The notes: generated from the sequence alone by a model not told the origin. Positions 1-12,675 are shown, counted from the stretch's first letter. The stretch is DNA of 64,000 nucleotides from Macrostomum hystrix (GCA_950097015.1 CATNEN010000001.1:10292001-10356000); one strand, 5' to 3'. Made by a program: numbers and translations.

Positions 1-375
1 AGTTCCACTGTTGAGTACCTCTTGGATTTCTATAACTGTACCTGAGTAGCAAAGCATTGTCATGTTAAAGAATACTAGGCTAAGTTTAAGATATGAGGCT
101 TGAAGTTCAAACATCGTAGTTCTGAATCATTGTTTATCAGCTTTCTGTTGCATTTGCTTAATACTAAGCAATGAAAACAAATGCTTGAGCTCTGTTGTGA
201 ATTAATAACACCTTTTTAAAAATTATAATTTTTTACAATTTTTGTATTTTTGTAACACTAATATGTTTGTCTTTGCTATTGTAAATCAGAAAAAATATTT
301 TTTTGTTCGAAAACTTATTACTTATTATACCTAAATTCTTCTCTTTACTTTAAGAAACATTCATATCCATTTTAG

Positions 376-1778
376 CTATCTGGTCGCAATGTTGAAGTCT
401 TTAAGGAGCCTCGTGGCATGATCAGAATTATTCAATTTGTAAGTTTACAAACTATTTTTATTTTTTATTTTAAAAGCTCATTTTTAAATCATGTCATTAT
501 TATTATTAATACTTATAATTATATTCACAGCTATTCGCTATTTTGGCATTCTCTACAACGGCTGGCTACAATTCGACTCTAAACTTCACCTATAAGTGCA
601 AATTGGCAGCAACTCCAGCAAAAACTTATCCAAATGTTAGTGCGTCAATAACCATCGCTTATCCATTCCACATGGAAACTCAGTCTAGCATTGCGCCATT
701 CTGCAACATGGAAAGCACAATCTCTCCTGGTCTGTATTATCCCTATGGCAGTTTTTCACCTGCTGCTCAGTTTTATGTGTTTGTTGGAGTCATGGCTTTT
801 TTATATACCATTGGCATCAGTGTGCTTTATGTGTTCTTTGATAATGTCTACCGCGACAACGACAGGGTGCCACAGATTGTAAGTCCTACGTGTGTTTTGC
901 TATACGTTATAGTTTATTCATATAAACATCTAGATCTGGTCTTGTGCAACCAGACTAAAAGTCAAATTAACCCGGAATTCCCTCGCCGTCCCAGGATTTC
1001 ATCGTGACAACCCTGTGGGCCGTGTTCTGGTTCATCGCCTCGATAGCCTGGTCCGTCAGCGTCAGCTTTCTCAAATTAGAGACCCACAGTAGCCGGCTGT
1101 GGCATCAGGTCACCGCCTGTCTGCCTGATCAACGCGGCACCGCCTATTGCCACGTCATCGACGAGTTTGCCTACACAGGATTGAACATCTCGCTGGTGAG
1201 TGATGAAAGAGCGTGAAAAACAGGGTAATGACACACTCAGAACAGGGTAATGACACATTCAGAACAGGGTAATGACACATTCAGAACAGGGTAATGACAC
1301 ATTCAGAACCGGGTAATGGCACATTCAGAACAGGGTAATGACACATTCAGAACAGGGTAATGACACATTCAGAACAGGGTAATGACACATTCAGAACAGG
1401 GTATAGACACATTCAGAACAGGGTATAGACACATTCAGAACAGGGTAATGACACATTCAGAACAGGGTATAGACACATTCAGAACAGGGTAATAACATAT
1501 TCAGAAGATGGTTATAAGACATCCAGAAGAGGGTAATAGCACACTCAGAACAGGTTAATAGCACATTCAGAAAGCGTATCAGGCTACTCAAAGCCTACTC
1601 AAAAACTGATTGGCAGATCTGCGGCTACGCCAACGTGTTCCTGTGGGGCAGCAACCTGTGGTTCCTATTTAAAGAGACCAGCTGGTTCAAGGCCATGCAC
1701 CCAGAGCAGGCCTACGGTGGCGACTGGTACGCTGGCGATAATAAAAATGTTGTCGAAACTGGAGCCGGAATTCCTTAG
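376..1778 (+). CDS. Synaptophysin/synaptoporin-like MARVEL protein (start codon not found in window)
   Basis: Exons 376-438, 531-878, 995-1195, 1617-1778, all GT-AG and phase 0. Motifs VFKEPRGMIRIIQF, GSFSPAAQFYVFVGV, DFIVT..WAVFWFIASIAW and GYANVFLWGSNLWFLFKETSW are typical of the synaptophysin family. Short C-terminal tail. Confidence 0.9.
1217..1572. repeat. 22-bp minisatellite (GAACAGGGTAATGACACATTCA)n in synaptophysin intron
   Basis: Direct tandem copies with degenerate ends. Confidence 0.95.
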
Positions 1779-2402
1779 TAATTGTGCGCTTACAAATTCG
1801 CTAACTATACTACTGGGAATCTTCTGAATCTGTTATGACTAGTATGTTTAGAAAATTAACTAACTTTTCTGTTTCACTAACAGAATCAGTTATAAAAAGT
1901 TTTTTGTGCAATAAATCTGTTTTAAATTTCTCAAAAGTTTTTGTTATTGTTATCTAGTCAATGTGGAACTGTTTGATGTTCTTTTTTCTAGCTTTGTTTT
2001 TAGACTTTCTGTCTCATTTGTTATTGGATGTGTCGGCATTATCGTTAACAATGTTGTCGTTTTTACATTATTCGGTGTTTTTTTAATTAAAATTAGTGAA
2101 TACTTGTATGGCAATTATTTACAGCTTGCTTTGTGCCGTGTTTATCAATTGATTCTTATGTTACCCGTATATCTAATCTCTGATATGTACTTATATTCAG
2201 CTGTCACTTTGCTGTCATTTATTCTGGTATTCAGATTGGAGCATGTTTATTAAATTCTATATTGATGCTTGAGTCAAAGTTGCACTTATCCGCTTGAAAA
2301 CTATTTGCCGTGTGAGAATGAGTAAATATTCCCTTATTCTAGTCTTATTGCCTTTACCTTTAACTTATTAAATTAGAATAATTTGAAATATCAAAGTTTA
2401 TT

Positions 2403-3070
2403 GAATTCTTAGGTTTCCTAGAACTCTTAGATTTTCTAAAATTCTTAGATTTCCTAGAATGCCTAGATTTCCTTGAATTCTAACATTTCCTAGAATTCCT
2501 AGATTTCCTTGAATTCTAACATTTCCTAGAATTCCTAGATTTCCAAGAATTCTTAGATTTCCTAGAATTCTTAGATTTCCTAGAATTCCTAGATTTCCAA
2601 GAATTCTTAGATTTCCTAGAATTTCTAGATTTCCAAGAATTCTTAGATTTCCTAGAATTCCTAGATTTCCAAGAATTCTTAGATTTCCAAGAATTCTTAG
2701 ATTTCCTAGAATTCCTAGATTTCCAAAAATTCTTAGATTTCCTAAAATGCGAACATTTCCTAGAATTCTTAGATTTATAAAATTCTTAGATTTCCTTGAA
2801 ATGTAACATTTCCTAGAATTTCTAGATTTCCAAGAATTCTAAGATTTCCTAGAATTCTTAGATTTCCTAGAATTCTTAGATTTCCAAGAATTCTTAGATT
2901 TCCAAGAATTCTTGGATTTCCTAGAATTTCTAGATTTCCAAAAATTCTTAGATTTCCTAAAATGCGAACATTTTCTAGAATTCTTAGATTTATAAAATTC
3001 TTAGATTTCCTTGAAATGTAACATTTCCTAGAATTTTTTGATTTCCTAGAATTATTAGGTGTCCTAGATT
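2403..3070. repeat. ~18-bp minisatellite (TTCTTAGATTTCCTAGAA)n, intergenic
   Basis: Tandem quasi-palindromic units with variants. Confidence 0.9.
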
Positions 3071-3589
3071 TTGATAGTTCTTTAAAAATCCAGCCATTAG
3101 CTACAGAACAATAAGAAAAAAATATTCAGAAATTTAAAATTTCGCGTACGAAAGAACAGTTTTTCTTGGCCTGTAATATTCCAGAATTTAAGAAATCCGT
3201 TAACGCAAGCACACAACACACCCGTTTGTAACTGGAAATATTTCGTTTTTGTACTAGTCGATAACAACAAAACACATTTTACTAAGTCACTTTTTTCACC
3301 AACATTAATTTAAGTTTTCTCTACTAATATGCTACAATATTCTTGTCGGTTTTTCTGATTAATAATTTATAAGTGTTGCTTAAAAACTAGTTTGTCTTAC
3401 TATTTTTCATTTTTTTGTCTTCTAAATAGTTTTTTCTGAGTAGTAGGTATCTTGATTTTGTAATTTATTAAGCACAGTTAAGGTGGCTTGTAGCCTACAT
3501 TGCATATCTAACAGTTTTTTCCTATTTGATTTCAGCCAAACACCATAAGACAATAAATGAAATGTAAAAGCTAATAATCACATCAACTG

Positions 3590-6500
3590 ATGCATTCAAA
3601 TCTGTTCTACTCGGCATTTCGAAAAAGTTGCATTCCACTTTCATCAGTTGTCCTGCGTAGCTTAGTTAGTAAATCTAGATTTTTGCATTGTCCATCAACT
3701 GTAGCAATGCAGCAGCAGCAGCAGCAGCAGTTTAATTTCGGAACTAGTAAACGATTCGCACTACTAGTGATTGGCGATGAGATTCTCAAGGGCCAAGTGT
3801 CCGACACCAATACTTATTATCTGTGTCGCCAGTTGACTCTGATTGGTCATCGAGTCTGCGAGGTGTCAATCATTCCCGACTCCAAGCAGGTCATCGCTGA
3901 GCGGGTTCGCAGCCTCTCGGACTCCTATGATTACGTCATCACAACGGGTGGCATCGGACCAACTCACGACGATGTCACATTTGAAGCTGTCGCCGGTGCA
4001 TTCAACGAAGGCACTTATCATCATCCGGAACTGGCTGGCATTGTCAGACGATATTTTGACAAATCATCTGATCCTAATGAGCCAATTGAGAACTATGCTC
4101 ACAAGCCCTATATGAGATTGTGCCGCGTGCCTTTATCCGCTGTGCTCAACTTTGGCTACGATGCTAGCAAAGGACAAAAAGCCGATTATCCTGTTGTCAG
4201 CGTCAGAAACGTCTTTGTGTTTCCCGGGGTGCCCAGTCTGTGCAAGAAGGTCAGTTTATGCCATACTGTGCATTTTATGTTCATTTTTCTTTAATTGAAA
4301 TCGAGTTTTTACTTTTCTCCTCTTCTCTGCCCTCTTCTCTCCCTGTACTCACCTCTTCTCTACCCTCTTCTCCCCTGTTCTCTCCCCTCTTCTGCCCTCT
4401 TCTCTCCCCTCTTCTCTCCCTTATTCTCCCCCCTCTTCTCCCCCTCTTCTCTCCCCTCTTCTCCCCCATATTCTCTCCCCTCTCTCACTTTTTCTCTCCC
4501 TTTTTATCTCCCCTCTTCTGCCCTCTCTTCTCTCCCCTCTTCTGCCCTCTCTTCTCTTCCCTCTTCTCTCCCTTATTCTCCCACCTCTTCCCCCTCTTCT
4601 CTCCCCTCTTCTCTCCCTAATTCTCCCCGTCTTCTCCCCATCTTCTCTCCCCTCTTCTCTTCCTTATTCTCTCCCCTCTTCTCTCCCTTATTCTCTCCCC
4701 TCTTCTCTCCCTTATTCTCTCCCCTCTTCTCTCCCTTATTCTCCCCCCTCTTCTCCCCCTCTTCTCTCCCCTCTTCTCCCCCATATTCTCTCCCCTCTCT
4801 CACTTTTTCTCTCCCTTTTTATCTCCCCTCTTCTGCCCTCTCTTCTCTCCCCTCTTCTGCCCTCTCTTCTCTTCCCTCTTCTCTCCCTTATTCTCCCACC
4901 TCTTCCCCCTCTTCTCTCCCCTCTTCTCTCCCTAATTCTCCCCGTCTTCTCCCCATCTTCTCTCCCCTCTTCTCTTCCTTATTCTCTCCCCTCTTCTCTC
5001 CCTTATTCTCTCCCCTCTTCTCTCCCTAATTCTCCCCCCTCTTCTCCCCCTCTTCTCTCCCCTCTTCTCCCCCTCTTCTCTCCCCTCTTCTGCCCTCTCT
5101 TCTCTCCTCTCTTCTCTCCCCTCTACCCTAAGTAAAAGATTTTCACATGTAATTTTACAGAGAACAATTTTTATTTACTTTCTGCTAAGTCTTGTTTATC
5201 ATCAACAGGCTATTTTTTAGTCTATATTGATTTCATTATATTACAAATATTTATTGTTTTCTTATTAACTAGAATGCTCACTTGCGAATAGATAAAAGAT
5301 TAGAGGCCTTGTTTAAGTAGAGTGATAGCAAGATAGGGCACACGTTTCATGTCTATAAATATGCCTCAACGGTTAAGTGGACTTATAACTGAGAATAAAA
5401 TGACACACAAAAAACATTCTCAGGCCTATCAACTAATGGAGAGCAGGTTTCATGGTCGCTGTCAACTGACTGGCAGCAGCAGCAGCAACAGCAGTGGCAC
5501 CAATGACGCATTAAACTCGGTCAAAGACGGCCCGATGACCAACGCCAAAGCTCACGTCTATATTAATCGCGATGAAATTAGTTTAACGCCAATAATTGAC
5601 GAGTTAGTAGGCAAATTTCCCAATCTAACAGTTGGCAGCTATCCAGAATGGCACAATCGTTATTATAAGACTAGGATCTACATTGAAGCGGCTACAGAGG
5701 GTGAATTGTCCATTGGCAGACAGTTCCTTCTAGATCGAATCGATGGCAACGAAATTGTTCATTACGATCCCGAGCCGAATAAGAAGGCCAATATTAAAGT
5801 GGAACATTTCCTAACTGAACAGGATGCTAATGGCGCTACTCAATTCCGAGTAGCTTTCAATGTTGTCAAGCAAGCCATTGACAAGTTCGGCTTGGATAGT
5901 GTTGCTGTGGGATTTAATGGTGGCAAGGACTGCACGGCACTGTTGCATTTGGTCTATTCCGCTGCTTACGCTACGATTAATTGTGAGGATATTCGAAATT
6001 TATTTTTTATAACCAATTCTCATCGTCTGTACACACAATCTGGGCACACACTCACACAGGTGTGTACCTCTGCCACAGAATTTCTAATTGTTCAGGCAGT
6101 GTACACACAATCTGGGCACACACTCACACAGGTGTGTACATCTGCCACAGAATTTCTAATTGTTCAGGCAGTGTACACACAATCTGGGCACACACTCACA
6201 CAGGTGTGTACATCTGCCACAGAATTTCTCATCGTCTGTACACACAATCTGGGCACACACTCACACAGGTGTGTACATCTTCCACAGAATTTCTCATCGT
6301 CAGGCAGTGTACACACAAAATGGGCACACACTCACACAGGTGTGTATATCTGCCACAGAATTTCTAATTGTTCAGGCAGTGTACACACAATCTGGGCACA
6401 CACTCACACACGTGTGTACATCTTCCACAGAATTTCTCATTGTCTGTACACACAATCTGGGCACACACTCACACAGGTGTGTACATCTGCCACAGAATTT

Positions 6501-6908
6501 CTCATCGTCAGTCAGTGTACACACAATCTGAGCACACACTCACACAGGTGTGTACATCTGCCACAGAATTTCTCATCGTCTGTACACACAATCTGGGCAC
6601 ACACTCACACAGGTGTGTACATCTGCCACAGAATTTCTCATCGTCAGGCAGTGTACACACAATCTGGGCACACACTCACACAGGTGTGTACATCTGCCAC
6701 AGAATTTCTCATCGTCAGTCAGTGTACACACAATCTGAGTACACACTCACACAGGGAAAATTGGTTAGTTAAGAGACCTAAGGTCTCCCGAGTCCTTGGA
6801 CTGAACAGTTGTACACAGTTTTTTGTCACTGGCTTTAAAATTTTAAATTAAATTTGTCAATTAATTTGAGGACTTATTTTACAAACTCCCCATCCAGCCA
6901 ATCCTAAT

Positions 6909-6942
<34 letters not shown>

Positions 6943-8760
6943 TACGCCTGCTCTACTTGCGTTCTCGTCAACAATTTCCCGAGGCGGAATTATTCATTGA
7001 TGAAACAATTGACCGCTATTCACCTAATGTGCAATTATTGGCCTATGAAGGCGCTATGCAGGTGGGTTATATTTTATCATTTTCTCTCTGCTTATTCTTG
7101 GAAATTGAATTTTATTTTACTATTATTGCCTCAGGCCTGCCTACACGAGGTTAAACGCGATTGGCCAACAATTCGAGCAATTTTCATGGGTACAAGGAGT
7201 ACCGATCCGAGATCTGATCATTTGCAACACGAACAGGTCAGAATTCAGTAGGGATTTTGGTTGCTAATACGCGGCGCATCTGAAAGCTGCTTACGGCTGT
7301 TCAGTCTATGAAATAGGGGAGGTTCTGATTGGTTGACAGTCTGGTTAGGTTCTGATTGGTTGACAGTCTGGTTAGGTACTGATTGGTTGACAGTCTGGGT
7401 AGGTTCTGATTGGTTGACAGTCTGGTTAGGTTCTGATTGGTTGACAGTCTGGTTAGGTTCTGATTGGTTGACAGTCTGGTTAGGTACTGATTGGTTGACA
7501 GTCTGGGTAGGTTCTGATTGGTTGACAGTCTGGTTAGGTTCTGATTGGTTGACAGTCTGGTTAGGTTCTGATTGGTTGACAGTCTGGTTAGGTACTGATT
7601 GGTTGACAGTCTGGGTAGGTTCTGATTGGTTGACAGTCTGGTTAGGTTCTGATTGGTTGACAGTCTGGTTAGGTTCTGATTGGTTGACAGTCTGGGTAGG
7701 TTCTGATTGGTTGACAGTCTGGTTAGGTTCTGATTGGTTGACAGTCTGGGTAGGTTCTGATTGGTTGACAGTCTGGTTAGGTACTGATTGGTTGACAGTC
7801 TGGTTAGGTTCTGATTGGTTGACAGTCTGGTTAGGTTCTGATTGGTTGACAGTCTGGTTAGGTTCTGATTGGATGACAGTCTGGTTAGGTTCTGATTGGT
7901 TGACAGTCTGGTTAGGTTCTGATTGGTTGACAGTCTGGTTAGTTCTGATTGGTTGACAGTCTGGTTAGGTACTGATTGGTTGACAGTCTGGTTAGGTTCT
8001 GATTGGTTGACAGTCTGATTAGGTTCTGATTGGTTGACAGTCTGGTTAGGTTCTGATTGGTTGACAGTCTGGGTAGGTTCTGATTGGTTGACAGTCTGGT
8101 TAGGTTCTGATTGGTTGACAGTCTGGTTAGGTACTGATTGGTTGACAGTCTGGGTAGGTTCTGATTGGTTGACAGTCTGGTTAGGTTCTGATTGGTTGAC
8201 AGTCTGGTTAGGTTCTGATTGGTTGACAGTCTGGTTAGGTTCTGATTGGTTGACAGTCTGGGTAGGTTCTGATTGGTTGACAGTCTGGTTAGGTTCTGAT
8301 TGGTTGACAGTCTGGTTAGGTTCTGATTGGCTGACAGTCTAGTTAGGTTCTGATTAATTGTCAGGCTGGTCTGGACCTTTAATTCATAACCGATAGGCTA
8401 CAAACCCCCTTCAAAAAACTCCATAAACAGCTAACAGACGTTGACAAAGGTTGGCCTGAGTTTGTCCGAGTCTCGCCTCTGCTTCACTGGTCCTACGCTG
8501 ATGTTTGGCTATTTCTGCGCAGTCTTTCGCTTCCCTACTGCTCCCTGTACGATCGGGGCTATACGTCTCTGGGCGATATGTCTAATACGCATCCGAATCC
8601 CAGACTGCAGTACAAGGATGCCAAGGGCTTGTTGAAATATCGACCAGCCTATTGTCTGGAATCGGGCAGCGATGAAAGAAAAGGAAGAAATCAGCAGCAG
8701 CAGCAGACTGAAAGAGACTCAAGAAATGGTGGTGAAGGAGGCGCCAGGCCTGCATTGTGA
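3590..8760 (+). CDS. FLAD1: FAD synthase (molybdopterin-binding/CinA-like N-domain + PAPS-reductase-like FADS domain)
   Basis: Exons 3590-4249, 5424-5982, 6898-7061, 7135-7236, 8431-8760. Motifs LVIGDEILKGQVSDTN, TTGGIGPTHDDVT, GFNGGKDCTALL, FMGTRSTDP, GWPEFVRVSPLLHWSYADVW, YDRGYTSLG. The N-terminus resembles a mitochondrial transit peptide. Confidence 0.93.
4312..5130. repeat. Polypyrimidine minisatellite (~TTCTCTCCCCTC)n in FLAD1 intron 1
   Basis: Almost pure C/T strand over ~800 bp, with a ~310-bp higher-order duplication. Confidence 0.95.
6015..6755. repeat. 65/72-bp minisatellite derived from an internal SINE segment, FLAD1 intron 2
   Basis: The unit CTCACACAGGTGTGTACATCTGCC..GAATTTCTCATCGTCAGGCAGTGTACAC matches the SINE body at about 30113-30166. 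Confidence 0.85.
7320..8355. repeat. 24-bp minisatellite (GGTTCTGATTGGTTGACAGTCTGGTTA-like) in FLAD1 intron 4
   Basis: Tandem copies. The listed ORF periodicity is 8 aa (TVWLGSDWL-type). Confidence 0.9.
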
Positions 8761-8852
8761 TGCTGTAAATTCTTCAATCGATAACGTTTGCTTCTTAACA
8801 TGATTCTATAAGAGCAAGGAAAAGTACAGGGTACCGTATATAGTTAGATAAG

Positions 8853-9182
8853 AGAGTTAATGAGGCTGTGATAGGAGAGGACAGGTGAGTTAATGAGGGT
8901 GTGATAGGAGAGGACAGGTGAGTTAATGAGGCTGTGATAGGAGAGGACAGGTGAGTTAATGAGGGTGTGATAGGAGAGGACAGGTGAGTTAATGAGGGTG
9001 TGATAGGAGAGGACAGGTGAGTTAATGAGGGTGTGATAGGAGAGGACAGGTGAGTTATTGAGGGTGTGATAGGAGAGGACAGGTGAGTTAATGAGGGTGT
9101 GATAGGAGAGGACACGTGAGTTATTGATTGTGTGATAGGAGAGGACACGTGAGTTATTGATTGTGTGATTGGGGAGGAGACA
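8853..9182. repeat. 33-bp minisatellite downstream of FLAD1 stop; most units contain CAGGTGAGT
   Basis: GAGGGTGTGATAGGAGAGGACAGGTGAGTTAAT, about 9-10 units. Confidence 0.95.
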
Positions 9183-9567
9183 TTAGAAAGAGTTTTAAAT
9201 TAACGGTATTTGCTTCCAAGCGTCCTACCAGAAGGATATCAGTAGTGTGTAGTTTAGATTGCCGCTATAGGTTCTATGATGACTCGTATTTTTTGCTCAA
9301 ATATGAAAACAACACCCATATCATCATTGTTTTAAAGTGTGCGTATGAGTAAAATATTAGTCGATTATTATAAAAATTTAGTTCTGTTTTTTTCTATCAG
9401 GTGTGTGCGTAGATCCACTCGCCAATGATTCTAAGCTTGATGTTTTAGACGTTAATTAAAAAATATATATAAGGAAGTGCGTGTAATTTCATTGATTTAA
9501 ATTTCTTACATTACTTTTATTACATTTTTTACGTAGTTTACTATAGCCAGTGTTTCTAATAATATTT

Positions 9568-10812
9568 CCAAGTTATTTAGGTCAGTGTCTGATCCCATTC
9601 CCAGTTATTTAGGTTAGTGTCTAATCCCATTCCCAGTTATTTAGGTTAGTGTCTGATCCAATTCCCAGTTATTTAGGTCAGTGTCTGATCCAATTCCCAG
9701 TTATTTAGGTTAGTGTCTAATCCCATTCCCAGTTATTTAGGTTAGTGTCTTATCCCATTCCCAGTTATTTAGGTCAGTGTCTAATCCCATTCCCAGTTAT
9801 TTAGGTCAGTGTCTAATCCCATTCCCAGTTATTTAGGTCAGTGTCTAATCCCATTCCCAGTTATTTTGGTCAGTGTCTGATCCAATTCCCAGTTATTTAG
9901 GTCAGTGTCTAATCCCATTCCCAGTTATTTAGGTCAGTGTCTAATCCCATTCCTAGTTATTTAGGTTAGTGTCTAATCCCATTCCCAGTTATTTAGGTTA
10001 GTGTCTAATCCCATTCCCAGTTATTTAGGTTAGTGTCTAATCCAATTCCCAGTTATTTAGGTTAGTGTCTAATCCCATTCCCAGTTATTTAGATTAGTGT
10101 CTGATCCAATTCCCAGTTATTTAGGTCAGTGTCTAATCCCATTCCCAGTTATTTAGGTTAGTGTCTAATCCCATTCCCAGTTATTTAGGTCAGTGTCTAA
10201 TCCCATTCCCAGTTATTTAGGTTAGTGTCTAATCCTATTTCCAGTTATTTAGGTCAGTGTCTGATCCCATTCCCAGTTATTTAGGTTAGTGTCTAATCCC
10301 ATTCCCAGTTATTTAGGTTAGTGTCTAATCCCATTCCCAGTTATTTAGGTTAGTATCTAATCCCATTCCCAGTTATTTAGGTTAGTGTCTAATCCCATTC
10401 CCAGTTATTTAGGTTAGTGTTTAATCCCATTCCCAGTTATTTAGGTCAGTGTCTGATCCCATTCCCTGTTATTTAGGTTAGTGTCTAATCCCATTCCCAG
10501 TTATTTAGGTTAGTGTCTGATCCCATTCCCAGTTATTTAGGTTAGTGTCTGATCCCATTCCCAGTTATTTAGGTTAGTGTCTAATCCCATTCCCAGTTAT
10601 TTAGGTCAGTGTCTAATCCCATTCCCAGTTATTTAGGTTAGTGTCTAATCCCATTCCCAGTTATTTAGGCCAGTGTCTAATCCCATTCCCAGTTATTTAG
10701 GTCAGTGTCTAATCCCATTCCCAGTTATTTAGGTTAGTGTCTAATCCAATTCCCAGTTATTTAGGTCAGTGTCTGATCCCATTCCCAGTTATTTAGGCCA
10801 GTGTTTAAATCC
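9568..10812. repeat. 32-bp minisatellite (CCAGTTATTTAGGTTAGTGTCTAATCCCATTC)n
   Basis: About 39 tandem units upstream of TMEM9. Confidence 0.95.
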
Positions 10813-10850
10813 CTTCTTGAATCCTATTAACCTCTTAACATAATTTCCAG

Positions 10851-10885
10851 GGATTTCTGTTTCTGTGGGACCTGCATGAGCAGCC

Positions 10886-10916
<31 letters not shown>

Positions 10917-11929
10917 ACAATTCGATCGGCATCCGCCGACTCCACAGTTGAACCAGCTGGCGACTACGCTGACACTCGTTGCAAATGCGTTTGTCCTCGG
11001 AGTTTTCCATCGTCTCCTGCTGCTGCTGCTTCTTCTGCTCCTGCAGCAACCCCGGCCACTGGCGACAGCAGATCCCGACGCCATCGAGTCTGGGTGACTT
11101 CTCTGCGTCCCGGACAAAACTGCGCCTGCGAAACCACCGTAGCCGCCTCTGCCGCGTCAGCCGCTGCCGCCTCCGCCGCTGCCCAACTGGCCGACTATTG
11201 CAGGCGATGCGAGTGCCGCGCTGAGAGCCGCAACTCCACCGTGCAGAAGGTGAGACTGTCCATGGGCCTGACTGTCTATGGGCCTGACTGTCTGTGAGCC
11301 TGACTGTCTATGGGTCTGACTGTCTGTGAGCCTGACTGTCTATGGGCCTAACTGTCTGTGAGCGTGACTGTCTATGGGTCTGACTGTCTATGGGTCTGAC
11401 TGTCTATGGGCCTGACTGTCTGTGAGCGTGACTGTCTATGGGCCTGACTGTCTATGGGTCTGTCTGTCTGTCTATCTGTAATTAATACCAGCCTCATCCA
11501 CTCCCATCCCATCAGGTGGTGGTGATCAGCATTCTAGTCACCATAGGCTGCCTGTGTCTGTACATGCTATTGCTGTACGCATTTTGGAACGGTGGCCAGT
11601 CGCTCAGTATGGACAGTGGCGCAACATTCTGCACCTGGCTGTTTTGCCCGCGCCGTCTCAGACCAATCTACAGACTGATCTGCTGCTGTTGCCGATCGGT
11701 TTTAGACAATAGTTACTATGCTGAGCACACTGGGGGCGATGAAGATTCAGCTTCGTCAACTGGCGACAATGCGGCAGCTGCTAATCAATCTGCGGATTGG
11801 TCGGGAGTTCGAATCCGTAACGCCGGAGACACGGTAGTGACCAGGGCCAGGGCCAAGCAGGCGGAATGGTCGCGATCTGTGGCAGCTCAGAGAGATCGGG
11901 TTTATCGCCATAGATCGATGCTGCACTGA
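10851..11929 (+). CDS. TMEM9: TMEM9-family membrane protein (start codon unresolved)
   Basis: Exons 10851-11249 and 11516-11929. Signal-like poly-Leu, DTRCKCVCP, NCAC, YCRRCECRAESRNS, a TM segment, and C-terminal WSRSVAAQRDRVYRHRSMLH, all matching TMEM9 hallmarks. Confidence 0.85.
11254..11475. repeat. 16-bp minisatellite (GGGCCTGACTGTCTAT)n filling the TMEM9 intron
   Basis: Tandem copies. Confidence 0.9.
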
Positions 11930-12089
11930 GCTCAACGATTGCTTAAAGTAGTGTTTAGCGCGTTGCTTGAGTCGAGTGCTAATATTCAATTGAAAGCTGA
12001 GTTCGTATTTACTTTTTCGATACTTTTTTGTTATTGTGCAATTGCTAAAAAACGAAGTGCAATATTGTTTTTTGTTTGTTTGCAATGTT

Positions 12090-12675
12090 ATAGACTATGA
12101 TCCTATGGTCTATGATCCTATAGTCTATGATCCTATAGTCTATGATCCAATAGTCTATGATCCTATAGTCTATGATCCTATAGTCTATGATCCTATAGTC
12201 TATGATCCTATGGTCTATGATCCTATAGTCTATGATCCAATGGTCTATGATCCTATGATCCATGATCCTATAGTCTATGATCCTATAATCTATGATCCTA
12301 TAGTCTATGATCCTGTAGTCTAAGATCCTATAGTCTATGATCCTATGGTCTATGATCCTATGATCCATGATCCTATAGTCTATGATCCTATAATCTATGA
12401 TCCTATAGTCTATGATCCTGTAGTCTAAGATCCTATAGTCTATGATCCTATGGTCCGTGATCCTATGGTCTATGATCCTATGATCCATGATCCTATAGTC
12501 TATGATCCTATAATCTATGATCCTATAGTCTATGATCCTATAATCTATGATCCTATAATCTATGATCCTATAATCTATGATCCTATAGTCTATGATCCTA
12601 TAATCTATGATCCTATAGTCTATGATCCTGTAGTCTAAGATCCTATAGTCTATGATCCTATGGTCCGTGATCCTT
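12090..12675. repeat. 15-bp minisatellite (TATGATCCTATAGTC)n
   Basis: Tandem copies downstream of TMEM9. Confidence 0.95.

Noticed and set aside
5983-6851. C-terminal half of the 500-aa ORF as part of FAD synthase
   Set aside because: A donor at 5983 splices in frame to 6898; the rest is intronic minisatellite.
7333-8342. Periodic ORFs in arrays (also 4295, 12045, 18676, 20882, 22285-22999, 24805, 39128)
   Set aside because: By-products of stop-free tandem units inside introns or spacers of identified genes.
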